Below, piece by piece: positions 1-13,001 of a DNA stretch of 64,000 nt (its first letter is position 1; each line of letters opens with the position of its first letter). The stretch covers positions 34,410,001 through 34,474,000 of the forward strand of contig OX597821.1 in assembly GCA_951406725.2 (NCBI GenBank), read 5' to 3'. Both the position numbers and the translations under genes were made by a program. Under the pieces are notes generated by a model. The model searched no databases and was not told the DNA's origin. It saw only the letters and a program-made list of their open reading frames with translations. The DNA is from Octopus vulgaris. Lineage: Eukaryota.

Positions 1-212
1 TGTGTGTCTGTGTTTGTCCCCCCCAACATCGCTTGACAACCGATGCTGGTGTGTTTACGTCCCCATAACTTAGTGGTTTGGCAAGAGAGACCGATAGAAT
101 AAGTACTAGGCTTACAAAGAATAAGTCCTGGGGGTCAATTTGCTCGACTAAAGGCGGTGCTCCAGCATGGCCACAGTCAAATGGCTGAAACAAGTAAAAG
201 AGTAAAGAGTAA
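1..212 (+). mobile_element. SINE family A, 3' part (window edge)
   Basis: Matches the 3' half of full copies at 29662-30060 and 55882-56290 (GACCGATAGAATAAGTACT...CCAGCATGGCC...GAAACAAGTAAAAGAG). Confidence 0.9.
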
Positions 213-511
213 GCATTTTGCTCGGCATGTTAACAATTCTGCCAGCTCACCGCCTTGAATGTATAAACACACAGTGACTAACTCTTGTGCTCAATACTGC
301 TGTAATATGTGTCAGATAATTTTTGAATGCATTTGCTGCTGGATACAGTTTCACCTTCTTTCTGGTTGATTACTTGTTAAAATATAGTGTAGCTCACTTT
401 CAACAACCAAATGGTTGTTTCTGCTTTATGATTTGAATTTGTATTTTGAATTTATGTCTAAGTGAATTAAAGAAATAAGTTAGCTGGAACATCTAACTTG
501 AAGACATAGAG

Positions 512-515
512 TATA

Positions 516-574
<59 letters not shown>

Positions 575-627
575 ATATATATGTATATATATGTGTGTAT
601 ATATATATATGTATATATATATATATG

Positions 628-694
<67 letters not shown>

Positions 695-721
695 GTATAT
701 ATATATATGTATATATATATG

Positions 722-783
<62 letters not shown>

Positions 784-859
784 TGTATATATATATGTAT
801 ATATATATGTATATATATATGTATGTATATATATGTATATATATATATATATATGTATA

Positions 860-946
<87 letters not shown>
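512..946. repeat. (TA)n/(TATG) microsatellite
   Basis: About 430 bp of TA dinucleotide with interspersed G; source of the YIYI ORFs. Confidence 0.98.
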
Positions 947-1340
947 TGAGGGAATAAAATCCAAAACTTACAAGGAAAAAAAATTCAATTTAGGAGTACT
1001 AAATCAAATTTCACACAATATAATATATATATATAAAAAATTAGAAAAAACCTACCTTTTATCAATTCAAAATGAACAATTAAATTACATCATCCAGAAA
1101 ATTACATATAATAGAAATATTAACATTAAAATAATAAGCAAATGTCAAAGATTAAGTAAATTGCAAAATATAATAATAATAATAACTTATATATATACTG
1201 GAGTAAGCACATAAATGTGAAACAAGGTGGAAAAAAGAGTACCAGAGATAGACTAATATGCTTTATTTAAAAGCAGCAGAAATATAACAAAAGCTGTTAC
1301 TCAGAGTTTCACATTCCCGTTCGTCGGACAGTTTTGTTTT
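946..1340 (-). mobile_element. Non-coding Penelope-like terminal-repeat-type element carrying a hammerhead
   Basis: Abuts (TA)n at TTGAGGG; contains a hammerhead fold; a second, rearranged copy lies at 44631-45051. Confidence 0.6.
1290..1335 (-). ncRNA. Type I hammerhead ribozyme, minimal, core variant CCGACGA
   Basis: Minus strand reads ctgt-CCGACGA-ac[gggaat]gt-GAAA-ctc[t]gag-TA-acag; stems I, II and III are all present. Confidence 0.7.
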
Positions 1341-1813
1341 GTAGACCATACTCACTTAATTACACAAAGAGGAGTCAGAGTTGGAATCAGGGGTGCCAAT
1401 GGTGTTGGAGTTGGAGTCAGGGGTGCCAATGGTATCGGAGTTGGAGTTGGAGTTGAAATATTTTGTTTCAACTCCACAGTCCTGCTCTCTTTGTGTGAGG
1501 CTTCTTCACATAAGCAATTTTGTATGCATCAATGTATGAAGCCTACTGTATTGCACTGGTGTTATTTTCATAGAAAGCTTTTGTGGAGTCGAAATGCTGT
1601 TAATTTGAAACTGATAACAGAGATAATCTTCATCCCATTTGGCTAAATTTGGATGATATCTTTGTAAACGAGGTTTATATTTCGCAGGGTTAATTAAGTC
1701 ATTAGCCAGCGTTTGCAACATAGCAATGCAGCCTTGTCTGTACTCAACTATAATAACCATGCATACACAAACTTGTACACACATGTACACACTCTCACAC
1801 GCAAACACATTAA

Positions 1814-2035
1814 CCCTTTAGTGTTCACATTATTCTGCCAAAATTAATGCTTCTTCATCTACATTGTTTTGAACTAATCATGCATTATCTTGTAGCTATG
1901 AGATTTTGATGAGGTAGCTGTTAATTTTTTTAAACAATATTGTAGAGTTGGTGTGAGAGACCAGATAGGGCTAGTTTGAACATAAAACAGGTAGAATATT
2001 TTTGGCCGGATATGGCCGGTTTAAATGCTAAAGGG
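1814..2035. mobile_element. piggyBac-like MITE
   Basis: TTAA on both flanks (1810-1813, 2036-2039); TIR CCCTTTAG...CTAAAGGG. Related pieces at about 9618-10000 and 13407-13499. Confidence 0.8.
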
Positions 2036-2615
2036 TTAACACACATGGTTACCTTTGGCACAAAACATGCATAATGTTTACTGATCTGAAGACTCATTTC
2101 AACTGTACTCTGCTGATGATATGAGAGAAGCCAAAACCTATACTCATGGCTCTCATTTACATATGAAACAGAAATCAAGCTGTCCTATCCCCAGTGTATG
2201 GAAGTTAAGTCCTAAATTTCTGAGGAAAGTATCTCCCACTATTTTTGAGAGATACTAACGGTTGCCGCTAAGTTTTTGTCTGCCTTCTCTAACGCAAGAG
2301 GAAATTTCATTGAATTAAAAGCTTAAAACAATCTATTGCATACAGCGTTCAGTATATCCACTTTAATGAATATGCACGTACACACACACGTGTGTGTATG
2401 TGTGTGTGTAAGAAAAGAGAGATAGGGGGTGGGATGGGAGTGGAGAAATTTGAAGGCAAAGAGAAATCGTTTAAGAAACGTTAGATAAAATGCAAAAGTA
2501 AACACGAAAGCAAAACCATTCATGTCTTTGAAGAGATGAGTTGTAAAAGACAATCTAGGCAATGTATTTGTGCAATTAACTTTTGTGAAAAGATTTTCTT
2601 CTGCCTTTTACCCAG

Positions 2616-2617
<2 letters not shown>

Positions 2618-2694
<77 letters not shown>

Positions 2695-2743
2695 ATATGT
2701 ATGTATATATATATATGTATATATAAACATATATATATATGTA

Positions 2744-2793
<50 letters not shown>

Positions 2794-2810
2794 TACATAT
2801 ATATATATAT
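2618..2810. repeat. (TA)n microsatellite
   Basis: Direct inspection. Confidence 0.97.
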
Positions 2811-3249
2811 AAAAATTAGCATTTGTCAGTCGGTAATTAAGTTTTTTGTTAACTTTTTTTTGCTACAGTGTAATTCATTAAATGTAAACATGTAATTAAA
2901 TTACCTTTATACAGCTAACAGTCTACTATTTTTCAACACTTCAGCTTTAATCATTCGCATCAGTCCGACTCTTCCGTTTCGAAAATTTTTCTTCTCCGCT
3001 CAACTCTTTTTTTTCCTTCTTTCTTTCTTTTCTCGTTTTTTTTTTTAGATTTTTTTTCTGTTATTTTGGCATTTTTTTTTGTAGTTGCCTAACCATCTAG
3101 TGAGCTTTACCTTCAAGGGAGAGAGCATGTTTCATATAAACATTATTTATGCTTCAGCACAAATTTAATGTAGATACAGGTGTACGCGTGCACACACATA
3201 TACGTGCATGCACGCACACACACACAGGTTCACATGTGTATGCGTTCAT

Positions 3250-3281
3250 GTATGTATGTATATATATATGTATATATGTAA

Positions 3282-3343
<62 letters not shown>

Positions 3344-3411
3344 ATAAATGCATATACTTATAATATATATGTATATATATATATATATATTAAATATATA
3401 AATGTATATAC

Positions 3412-3462
<51 letters not shown>

Positions 3463-3482
3463 TATATATGAATGTATATATG

Positions 3483-3548
<66 letters not shown>

Positions 3549-3665
3549 GTCTATATATATATATACATATATAAAGATATACATATCTGTATACATAGAT
3601 ATATATATATTTATATATGTCTATATATATTTTTATATATATATATATATATACATGTGTATGTA
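3250..3665. repeat. (TA)n-rich microsatellite
   Basis: Direct inspection. Confidence 0.95.
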
Positions 3666-4319
3666 TCCACACTGAAAGAAATAAAAGATTATATTCCTAG
3701 AGACCTATGGAATTGAATAAAATAAAAATAAAAACAGAATTTTAATGACTTTAGCATAAATGAATGCCGCAAGAATGTGGTAATTGAAGATATAAAAGAA
3801 TAAAACAAATAAGTGACAAAGAACTAACAAAAATAATAGCAAAAAGTAAGAAAAGACCAATGAAAAAAAATCATGTTTTTAATGATGGGAGGAGAAAGAA
3901 GAGAACATCAGTGAATGAATAGCTTTGAGGTTATGACATATAACCTAGGATTCATATGGGTGTGTATGTGCCTCCTTTATAGGAGCGTGCCCTAAACTAG
4001 AAAGGGTTGGTAACAGGAAGGGCATATGGCCATAGAGAATCTGCTTTGATGAATCTTTTACGATCCATACAGGCCTGGAAACATGGCTGATAAAACAATA
4101 ATGATGGTGGTGGTGGTGGTGATGGTAACGATGATGGTGATGTTGATGATGCTGGTGAGGATGATGGTGATGGTGACGATGATAGATTTACATGAAATAA
4201 GTTGATGATTCAGATAATCCCATGGAGATATTTAAACACCGAGAGTGCAACAGCGACTCATTCATTCAGTCAGTACTTTGAATTTATGTCTAACTGAATT
4301 AAAGAAATGTGTTAGCTGG

Positions 4320-4384
<65 letters not shown>

Positions 4385-4421
4385 TTATACATACATATAT
4401 ATATATATGTATATATGTATG

Positions 4422-4464
<43 letters not shown>

Positions 4465-4481
4465 ATATGTATAAATGTATA

Positions 4482-4520
<39 letters not shown>

Positions 4521-4744
4521 GTTTAATGTCCGCTTTCCATGCTAGCATGGGTTGGACAATATATATATATATATATATGGATATGGATACGTGTGTGCGT
4601 GCATGCATGCATGTATGTACTATGTGTGTGTATGTATGTATAGATGTATACATTCAAGTTTATATATATCTCTGTGTGTATGTGTGTGTGTAGTTACACA
4701 AACCGCGCACACGCACACACACACACACATTTACAGAACCACAC

Positions 4745-4975
4745 ATATTCACGAAAGTTCCATTATACATTCCAAAAATCCAGACGACTTATTTCTTCTC
4801 TCTTCAGTTTGTAGCCAGAAGGGACAAAATCATAAAACGACTGAACTAGATATCTCTTTGTACTGCAGTACATCCAGCAACTGAAGCAACTTATTAAAAT
4901 CTTTTGACATTCTGTCATATGTCCAGCCACCTTTGAGTAGCCTTGGTCACTCTTGACTACCAGACATTTTCTAAC
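4745..4975 (-). pseudogene. Highly decayed CR1-like LINE ORF2 C-terminal fragment
   Basis: Frame-shifted translation ENVW*SRVTK...DLVQSF...GYKLKREE...WN loosely resembles the CR1 C-terminal LE.VQRRATK...GDLI...WN pattern. Confidence 0.35.
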
Positions 4976-5276
4976 AATTCTCTCTCTCTCTCTTTCTCTC
5001 TCTCTCATATGTATGTATGTTTACATGTATATATATATATTATATCTATATACATACAAACACACACACACACAGACCTATATATATATATATATATATA
5101 TAGATACATATAAGGGGTGAAATATAATTAATTTAATGAAATTAATAAATTTCACCTAGTAGTTTTTGCGGTATGGAAATGACCATATTCAGTAAGGATT
5201 ATACCTTATATTAGAAATATTTTCTAATATTTTCAGTATGTGGTTTAAGCAACTTGTTGCAAATAACCCTTTATTA

Positions 5277-5314
<38 letters not shown>

Positions 5315-5317
<3 letters not shown>

Positions 5318-5560
5318 TCATCATCATCATCATCGTTTAACGTCCGTTTTCCACGCTAGCACAGGTTGGACAGTTCGACCAGGGTCTGGGAAGCCAGGGG
5401 CTGCTCCAGGCTCCAGTCTGATCTGGCAGAGTTTCTACGGCTGGATGCCCTTCCTAACGCCAACCACTCCGCGAGTGTAGTGGGTGATTATTACGTGCCA
5501 CCTGCACAGGCGCCAGGGGGTGGGGTCCGGCATCGGCCACGATCGGTTGGAGCTTTTAAT
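5315..5560 (-). mobile_element. RTE-tail element (family D), 3' end
   Basis: Reverse complement of ...GGAAGGGCATCCAGC...GGACGTTAAAC(GAT)n; more than 10 copies in the window. Confidence 0.85.
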
Positions 5561-5599
5561 ATATATATTTATGTATATGTATATATATATATATTTATG

Positions 5600-5658
<59 letters not shown>

Positions 5659-5733
5659 TTAGATATGTTTCGACCAAAGATTGGTCCAGGCCATGTCTAA
5701 CTTAATAGCACCACCTGATATGCAAAGGTTATT

Positions 5734-5786
5734 TGAGAACGTACGTTTCAAGATTAGTCAAACTCGACATTTCTATCATCAGCTCA
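5734..5786 (-). ncRNA. Type I hammerhead ribozyme-like fold with extended stem II
   Basis: Minus strand reads tgag-CTGATGA-(tagaaatgtcgagtttgactaatctt)-GAAA-cgtacg-TT-ctca; palindromic stem III ACGTACGT; first stem II pair is U.U (imperfect). Confidence 0.55.
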
Positions 5787-6006
5787 GAACTCCCTGGTTT
5801 GGATTTGAAAACACTGAAAGTGGGAGCATACCCTTTCGGCTTCCCATCGCTTCTGAAACTAACTACTCGAAACTAACAGTGCCAGCAAATTCAAATATGC
5901 AAGCGAAGAATTTCTGCTCTCCCCTTTCCACCAGCGTGGGTTAAAATCAGTAAACACTATGCTTTTTTTCGGTAAAATCCGAGGCATTAAATAGAGAGAG
6001 ATGAAT

Positions 6007-6402
6007 TATAATTTCAACAATTGAGGGTAAAATTAATTAATTAATCAATTTCACCAAGTATTCAGTATGCAAAGGGACCATTTAAGGCGAATTCAAATTA
6101 TTACATTATATAAAAGGGCTTAGTAAAATAAATTACTTTGCCGCATACTGAACTCATTAGAAATAGCAGCTAAAAAAACTTTTTAAAACTATTTCCAATA
6201 CTTTAAGTATTGGAAATAGTTTTAAAAAAGTTTTTTTAGCTGCTATTTCTAATGAGTTCAGTATGCGGCAAAGTAATTTATTTTACTAAGCCCTTTTATA
6301 TAATGTAATAATTTGAATTCGCCTTAAATGGTCCCTTTGCATACTGAATACTTGGTGAAATTGATTAATTAATTAATTTTACCCTCAATTGTTGAAATTA
6401 TA
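6007..6402. repeat. Near-perfect palindrome, about 197-bp arms, 1-nt centre at 6204
   Basis: Arms are reverse complements except for one homopolymer indel; the right end runs into (TA)n. Confidence 0.95.
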
Positions 6403-6635
6403 TATATATATATATATATCATACATACATACACACTACATACTCTCTCATACACACACACACCCTTATGTTGGGGCGTTGGTCATTTGACCCTGTTATC
6501 TCCCCTATTTTCGCTCTTGCGTCTCACGTTTGATCTTTGACTTCTGGCCGGAATCAGATCGCCATGTTGATTCGCTAGCTTCTGCATGCATTTTTTTTTC
6601 TCTCCTTGTTTCTTTCCGTGTTTCTTTTCTGTGTA

Positions 6636-6673
6636 TCTTTCTGTTGAAGAGTGTAGGCTCGAAACGTAAAAGA
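6636..6673 (+). ncRNA. Minimal Penelope-type hammerhead motif, core variant CTGTTGA
   Basis: tcttt-CTGTTGA-a-gag[tgtagg]ctc-GAAA-cg-TA-aaaga; stem III reduced to the ACGT palindrome typical of dimer-forming minimal hammerheads. Confidence 0.6.
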
Positions 6674-6802
6674 CTTGTTTTATTTATATTCCTGAGCGCT
6701 ATACTAATACAATTGTTTGTTTGTATTCCACCTGCCTTCGTCTTTTGTTTATTTTCATAAAGCTTCCCGTTATATATATATATATATATGTATGTATATA
6801 TT

Positions 6803-6990
6803 CTTTTATTTGTTTGTATCATTTGACTGTGGCCATGCTGGAGCACAGCCTTTTAGTTTGAACAAATCGATCCCAGTACTTATTCTTTCTAAGCCTAGTA
6901 CTTATTCTATTGGTTTCTTTTGCCGAACTGCTAAGTTACGGGGACATAAACACACCAGTATCGAATGTCAAGTGATGTTGTGGGTACAAA

Positions 6991-6995
<5 letters not shown>
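6803..6995 (-). mobile_element. SINE family A, 3' part
   Basis: Reverse complement of the family A 3' half. Confidence 0.85.
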
Positions 6996-7044
<49 letters not shown>

Positions 7045-7452
7045 TACACACACACACATACACACACACACATATACATTGATATAATATATGTGTGTGT
7101 TGGTGTGTGTGTGTGTGTGTATATATATATTTACATATACATATATGAGTTTATGTATAAGTGTATACACATATGTACATGTATGTTTATATTACATGTG
7201 TGTGTGTGTGTGTATAGTTTCATGGTTTACCTCTGGCTACTGTTATAAATCACTTTATGTTATAGACTATTACTGTGTTTTTTAATTTTGGTTTGTACTT
7301 GGCTTTCAATAAAACCTCTATAGCTAATCTTGTTGTTATTGGGGGTGGTGGGTGGGGAGGATGTGGGTAATTGTGTATAAGATGGTAGCTCTATCGCTTA
7401 ATGTACTTTTTCTATTTAGTTTTATTTTGTATTCTGTATTTCTGCTGTGTTT

Positions 7453-7850
7453 TTATAGCTTCTTGTTGTAAGTGCATTGTTTGTCGCTGGAAAATATCAT
7501 ACGTGTCTGTCCGATTTTGATGGTTTGACTCATAAAGTTTATAGTGGTTTTGTTTACATTGCAATTTGTACATATTACATTGGTTTCCAGTTGTACTTTC
7601 TGCAGATTGTAGGTTTGTGGTTTCGTGTTGATATAAAGGATTTTTCTTTTTTTTTTTATCAATTAGTTATGATTTTATTCAACTTATTCTTCTTTCGGAT
7701 TTACATAATTATTGCAGTGGTCCCTCAGTTTTCTAAGATGTGTAAAGAACTTGGAAGGATTGGATCTCCAACCAGGACTTTTGTGATATCCTTAAAGCTT
7801 AGGAACTTTTCAGTACCCACTGAAAAGTTCAGTATCAAGAACAACATCTG
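7453..7850 (-). pseudogene. Possible decayed Penelope GIY-YIG endonuclease fragment
   Basis: ORF 7453-7662 contains NVICTNC...KIGQT, reminiscent of the PLE NVIY..C..C...YIGQT motif; heavily degenerate. Confidence 0.3.
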
Positions 7851-7989
7851 GTCATAGAATACTGCTTCTATAAATCTCGTCCAACCTTTCTGAGGAAAAA
7901 AAGTAGACATAAAAACGAAGATGATGATGATGATATTTGTGTGTGTGCATAAGTGAGTATATACGCATACATATATGCATACATGCATA

Positions 7990-8157
7990 GAGGTGCAGGC
8001 ATGGCTGTGTAATTAAGAAACTCATTTTGCAACCCTGTGCTTTTTGGTTCGGTCTCACGTGTGGCACTTTGGTCAAATGACCTCTACTATTGCCCTAGAT
8101 GAACCAATGCCCTGTAAGTGAATCTGGTGAATGGAAACTGTGGAAGTCTGTCGTGTG
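7990..8157 (+). mobile_element. SINE family A, 5' part (diverged)
   Basis: tRNA-like head GGTGCAGGCATGGCTGTG... plus CORE-like segment. Confidence 0.75.
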
Positions 8158-8205
8158 TAGAGTAGGCAGGCCTAGGCATGGCAGCTGCTGAGAAAATTCT
8201 GCTCT

Positions 8206-8505
8206 TGTTGTTGTTTGTTCCTTCTCGAGGCATGGCTGGCTCATAAGGGCCTGTTTCTTGACGTATAGGTTCCCCACCTGGATGGGACGCCGGTCCATCA
8301 CAGGTGAGCTGCAAGATGCAGGAGGAAAGAGTGAGAGAAAGTTGTGGCAAAAGAGTCAGCAGAAGTTCGCCATTACCTTCTGCCGGAGCTGCGTGGAGCT
8401 TAGGTGTTTCGCTCATAAACACACACATCACCCGGTCTGGGACTTGAACTCGCGATCCCTCGACCGCGAGTCCGCTGCTCTAACCACTAGGCCATGTGCC
8501 TCCAC
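8206..8505 (-). mobile_element. tRNA-derived SINE family B, tail type 1
   Basis: Head GTGGAGGCACATGGCCTAGTGGTTAGAGCAGCGGACTCGCGG with A/B boxes; 13-bp TSD AAAATTCTGCTCT. Confidence 0.92.
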
Positions 8506-9371
8506 AAAATTCTGCTCTCGGCTCAACATTCCTATATAATGGTTCTTCTTCCAACTAATTTTGTCCCTAAAAACCATGCCTATGTTTACCCTTGTACATA
8601 TGTGTGTTTCTTTCCATGTATAGCTGTATAGAAAGAGAAGTTAAAAGATACACTTGTTAATACAGCAAACGTTGGAAAATTCAGTAAAAAAATATAATGC
8701 TTTTCTATCTGTCTTTCTATTCATCCATCCACTCTGAATTACCATCCTGTTTATTTTTTTGAAAAATCTTTGCTCATTTTCCTTTTCTTTATATTTTACC
8801 ATCTTTTAAATTCAAATCGAAGTTGATGGAAAGCACTCACATGATATCTGTAATAGAACAGCCAATTGCAAGGTAAAGACACGTTTCCTCTGCATAGGGA
8901 TTGAGAGGGTAGGTGGGTGGATGGGGTGGTGGTAGGCCTTCATAAGCAACAACTACTATAACAACAAAAGTGATAGTAGGAATAGTAATGTTGATAACAA
9001 CAACAGTGACAGCAATAACAACATCAACAACAATAATAAGAATAAGAATAAGAATAAGAACAATAATAATGATATAGAAATGGCTTCTGTAATAATAATA
9101 GAAACACTCAACTGATAAAATATAACTATTGATATGCGATGGGAAGTAGTTGCGTTGGCAATGATTAGGTGGTGGTGGTGGTGGTGGTGGTGTTGGCTGT
9201 GGTGGCTGTGGCAGCAGTGGTTTTCTAACTAAGAAGGAAAATAAACTGCTCCTATTCATAAAAGACAGGGGCTTTTAAGAATTCCTTAAGTCCTGTCTCT
9301 CAAGAAACATGCACTTTGGAGATGTTTACAAATAATAGATCTCTCTGGAACTTTTAAGCATGGAGGCAAAC

Positions 9372-9409
<38 letters not shown>

Positions 9410-9723
9410 TACGTACATAATACACACACACATACAGATACATACACAATACATACACACATACAACCATAGAAACATGTAATGTAAATGGAATGAGCAG
9501 AAAAGAAATTCAGATGTGCATATCAAAATATGACGTATATATTTCCTAGTCCTTTCATATTGCCATATTTCTTGTGTTTCTGTGAGAGAGAATTCATATG
9601 AAGCAATACACTTCTATTTAACTGTTTACCATTCAGATTTCTCTGTCAAATGTAATGCTTATTTATTCACATTGTTTTGGATTAATCATGTATTAACTCG
9701 TAGCTTTGAGAATTTGATTATGT

Positions 9724-9977
9724 AGCCAAAATAATCTGTTTTATCTTCAGACTGGCCAGATCCAGCCTCTCATGCATACCCTACAATATTTTTCTAAAAG
9801 TAAACAAACATCATCATCATCATCATCATCATCGTTTAACGTCCGCTTTAATGGAAAGCGGACGTTAAACGATGATGATGATGATGATGATGTTTGTTTA
9901 CTTTTAGAAAAATATTGTAGGGTATGCATGAGAGGCTGGATCTGGCCAGTCTGAAGATAAAACAGATTATTTTGGCT
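9724..9977. repeat. Fold-back palindrome (about 125-bp arms, 5-nt loop) built from MITE plus RTE-tail sequence
   Basis: Arms identical except for one CAT unit; loop AATGG at 9850-9854. Confidence 0.95.
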
Positions 9978-12900
9978 GGATATGGGTGGTTTGAATGCTA
10001 ACACACCATACCTGCACCTATGAACAACCATGCTAAAAAAGGCATAAATGGTTGATTGCTATGCTTTCTTATGAACCTCTTTGTAACGATTCAGCAATTA
10101 ACATTGCAAATATTATAATTTCCTCTCTTTATTTAAAAACTGGATTGTTTTCTGAAAGTTGTCTTAAATAAAGCCTGAGTTATTTCTCCAAGTATTTTAG
10201 CTAAAAAATCACTGTTGTTAAAAAGCTGTTCATGTGTGGAGGAGTCTCTCCTTCACATGATGCGGTTCTGTTAATTCCTGAAAGTCTTCATGTGTGAGGC
10301 GGGTGGAGGTTTGTTATCAGCGTGTAATGAATTCTAAATATTATCTACATGTACAAGGCTTATTACTGATTGCAACTGTTTTATCATCACTTCTTCTTCT
10401 TCGACTACATTTGATCATCATTTTTTTTTTTTCTCAAACAACACTGAGACACATATGTTCAGCATCCTGTGCATCTTTGATGCTTTTATGGCTTGCATAA
10501 TGTTGTAATTTCTCCTAATTTTTTTTACAGACTGATGTTTATCATTATTCACTGTAATCTGTGGACTTGGTGCTTCTTAGATAATATACCTTGAAAACGG
10601 AAATAACTCTCTGGCATGTGGTTGAATGAAAATGAATTTAACTGTTACACACAGTTGAGTGTAATTGAGAAATGAAGGTTGTCCAAAAACCACAATTCCC
10701 TGGGCTTGAAATTATGGTTTTCACAATAATATCTTACTGCTAGACATAATGAACCATAATATATCATAATATGCCCAATGTTGTAATAATCATATGTCAC
10801 AATATGTCCAATGAACCATAATATGTCATACTCAAAATTATGATATCATGTCTCCACTTCATTACATTGTATGATAGTGTAATACACCATGCCATAACAT
10901 ACCGTAATGATACTACATTGTATCACCCTGAATGTACCACAACAGAGACTACACTTCCATAACACAACCTCCTGCACCGCACAAGCCACTGATAAAGCCT
11001 CTACTTGTTCATTCAATCTGCAATAACACCCCGCAGACTGCGATCTATAATAACAAACATGAAATTCTGTCTGTCTGGGACCCCTGTAACTCAGCCTACA
11101 TTTGCTCTACATAGACATATTTTGCTCTTTTGGAACCAGGATGATCCCAGGATTGAAAATCTGCCCTTCATTTGATTCTTGAACATGCAGCATTGGGATC
11201 AGGTCTGCATGAAGATTTGTTATGTGCTAACAATTGAAAATTCAAATTTTTAAAGAACTCCCAAAATATGTGAACTTACAAGTTTTGCATCTAAACTGAA
11301 CTTAAAGTAACATCATATTGGTAGGGTACTAATAAATGCTTTATTGTTATTGCTCTCCTTAGTTTTGGGCCTGGGGCCCAGTTAACCCTTCGCAGGAGCC
11401 AACTCAAAAGTCCACACAGAATGCGGCTTTTAAGCATGTCATAAACATTTCATCATCTCCATTTAGTCTCACAAGTCACACATCATATTTTGTGACCCTC
11501 GTTTACACTGTACCACAATACACCAGGCTGCAAAGCGTCCCTACGAGGATGTTTAGTCTACTACTAAAAATAGTTGACAAACTTTTCTCAAATTACATTC
11601 AACTATCTTTAAAAAAAAAACAAAAAAAAAAACTGTCTGGAAAGAAGAGAGGATGGTCATAATTGGAAAGTTTTTAATTTTTTTTTTTTTATCATAGGTT
11701 TGCTTAATTAGACCTGACCTGAGGTTTAAATGATAACAGTGATGATAACAACAATAGCAACAATACATCCATTGTGCTAAATCTAGTCAACCTTGTCTGT
11801 GAATACCAGGTTACTTTCATAACTAAACCACACTAATATGACACCATGCTCACGAAACCCATACTAGTAAGAGAGGTGAAAAAGAGGGGGAGAGGTGGGG
11901 AGGGAGGGAGAAAGAGAGTTTCTGTTCCTTATTTCTCTTTCACCTTCTCTTCTACAAGGCCTGCAGTGTATGTTATCTATATAGTATTGCAAATCAATAT
12001 ACCTTATTCTCTGCCCCACCACCAGCGCCACCACCACCACCATCAGCAACAACAACTACAGCTGCCTTCAGACCCCTCCCATCTCCTCAACTACCGCTTT
12101 CTCCCACCTCCAACCACCACCACCACCACCACCACCGCTGCCGCCGCCGCCACCGTGACTACTACCAACAAGGTATTCAGATATTCACTGATGTGTGTCA
12201 GCCTCATCTCCTCTGTTAGGTATCAGGCTAACAATCTGTGACAGACAACCATTAGCTTTCATAAAACATTACTTTCACTTTCATTCCCCGTTCAGCTTCT
12301 TTATCTCTGTTTCTTTGTCTCCCTCAGTCTCTCTCTCTCTCTCTCTTTCTCTCTTTCTCCTTCTTTCTGCCTGTCTATCTCTCTGTGATTGCTTCTGCTT
12401 CTCTACTTGTTTTTTCTACTCCTGTGTCTCTATCTTTTCTATATCCTTTCTGCTTCTTTCTCTCTTTTTTTCTAGTCCCCACACCCCTTATCTCTCTCTA
12501 TTTCGTTCTCTCTTTCTCTGTCTTTTTTTCCTCTTTGTCTTTCTGTCTCACTTTCTCTCTATTCTTTTATATATCCCTATCTTTCTTTTATTCTTTTATA
12601 AGTTTTAGCCCTGAGGCTGTGGCCATGCTGGGAGCAGTTGTTATTGTTATTAAATATCCAGTAAACCCTGATTGAGCATGATTTAATGATCAGAGGCAAT
12701 CCAGCTGTGACCATACTGTCTTATTAAGAGTATACAGAAAGCTGTGTATCTGGTGCATCTTATCCTTAAGAAACTGGTACAATGTGATTCACAGTATATA
12801 ATTGCTTTACAGAGCAGTTTCCTTGTAGGCTTGGATGGGGATAGTCCATTGAATAGATCCAGTATATTACTGGTACTTAATTTATCAATCCACTGGAGGG

Positions 12901-13001
12901 AAAATGAAGTTGATACTGATGAGTAGGCCTTGACTGATTAGACCTAGGATTAAAAGCACTTCAACCATGATGGTCATGTCTATAATATTACATGGGTAAC
13001 A

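Noticed and set aside
467-4693. Long YIYI/VCVC ORFs
   Set aside because: Translations of TA/CA microsatellites that lack stop codons; same for similar ORFs throughout the window.
5660-5700. Hairpin GACCA/TGGTC followed by GAAAC on the minus strand
   Set aside because: No CUGANGA core upstream of the stem.
11846-12241. His/Gln/Thr/Ala-rich ORF with a possible donor AAG|GTATTC
   Set aside because: Low-complexity trinucleotide sequence with no recognisable domain; insufficient support for an exon.
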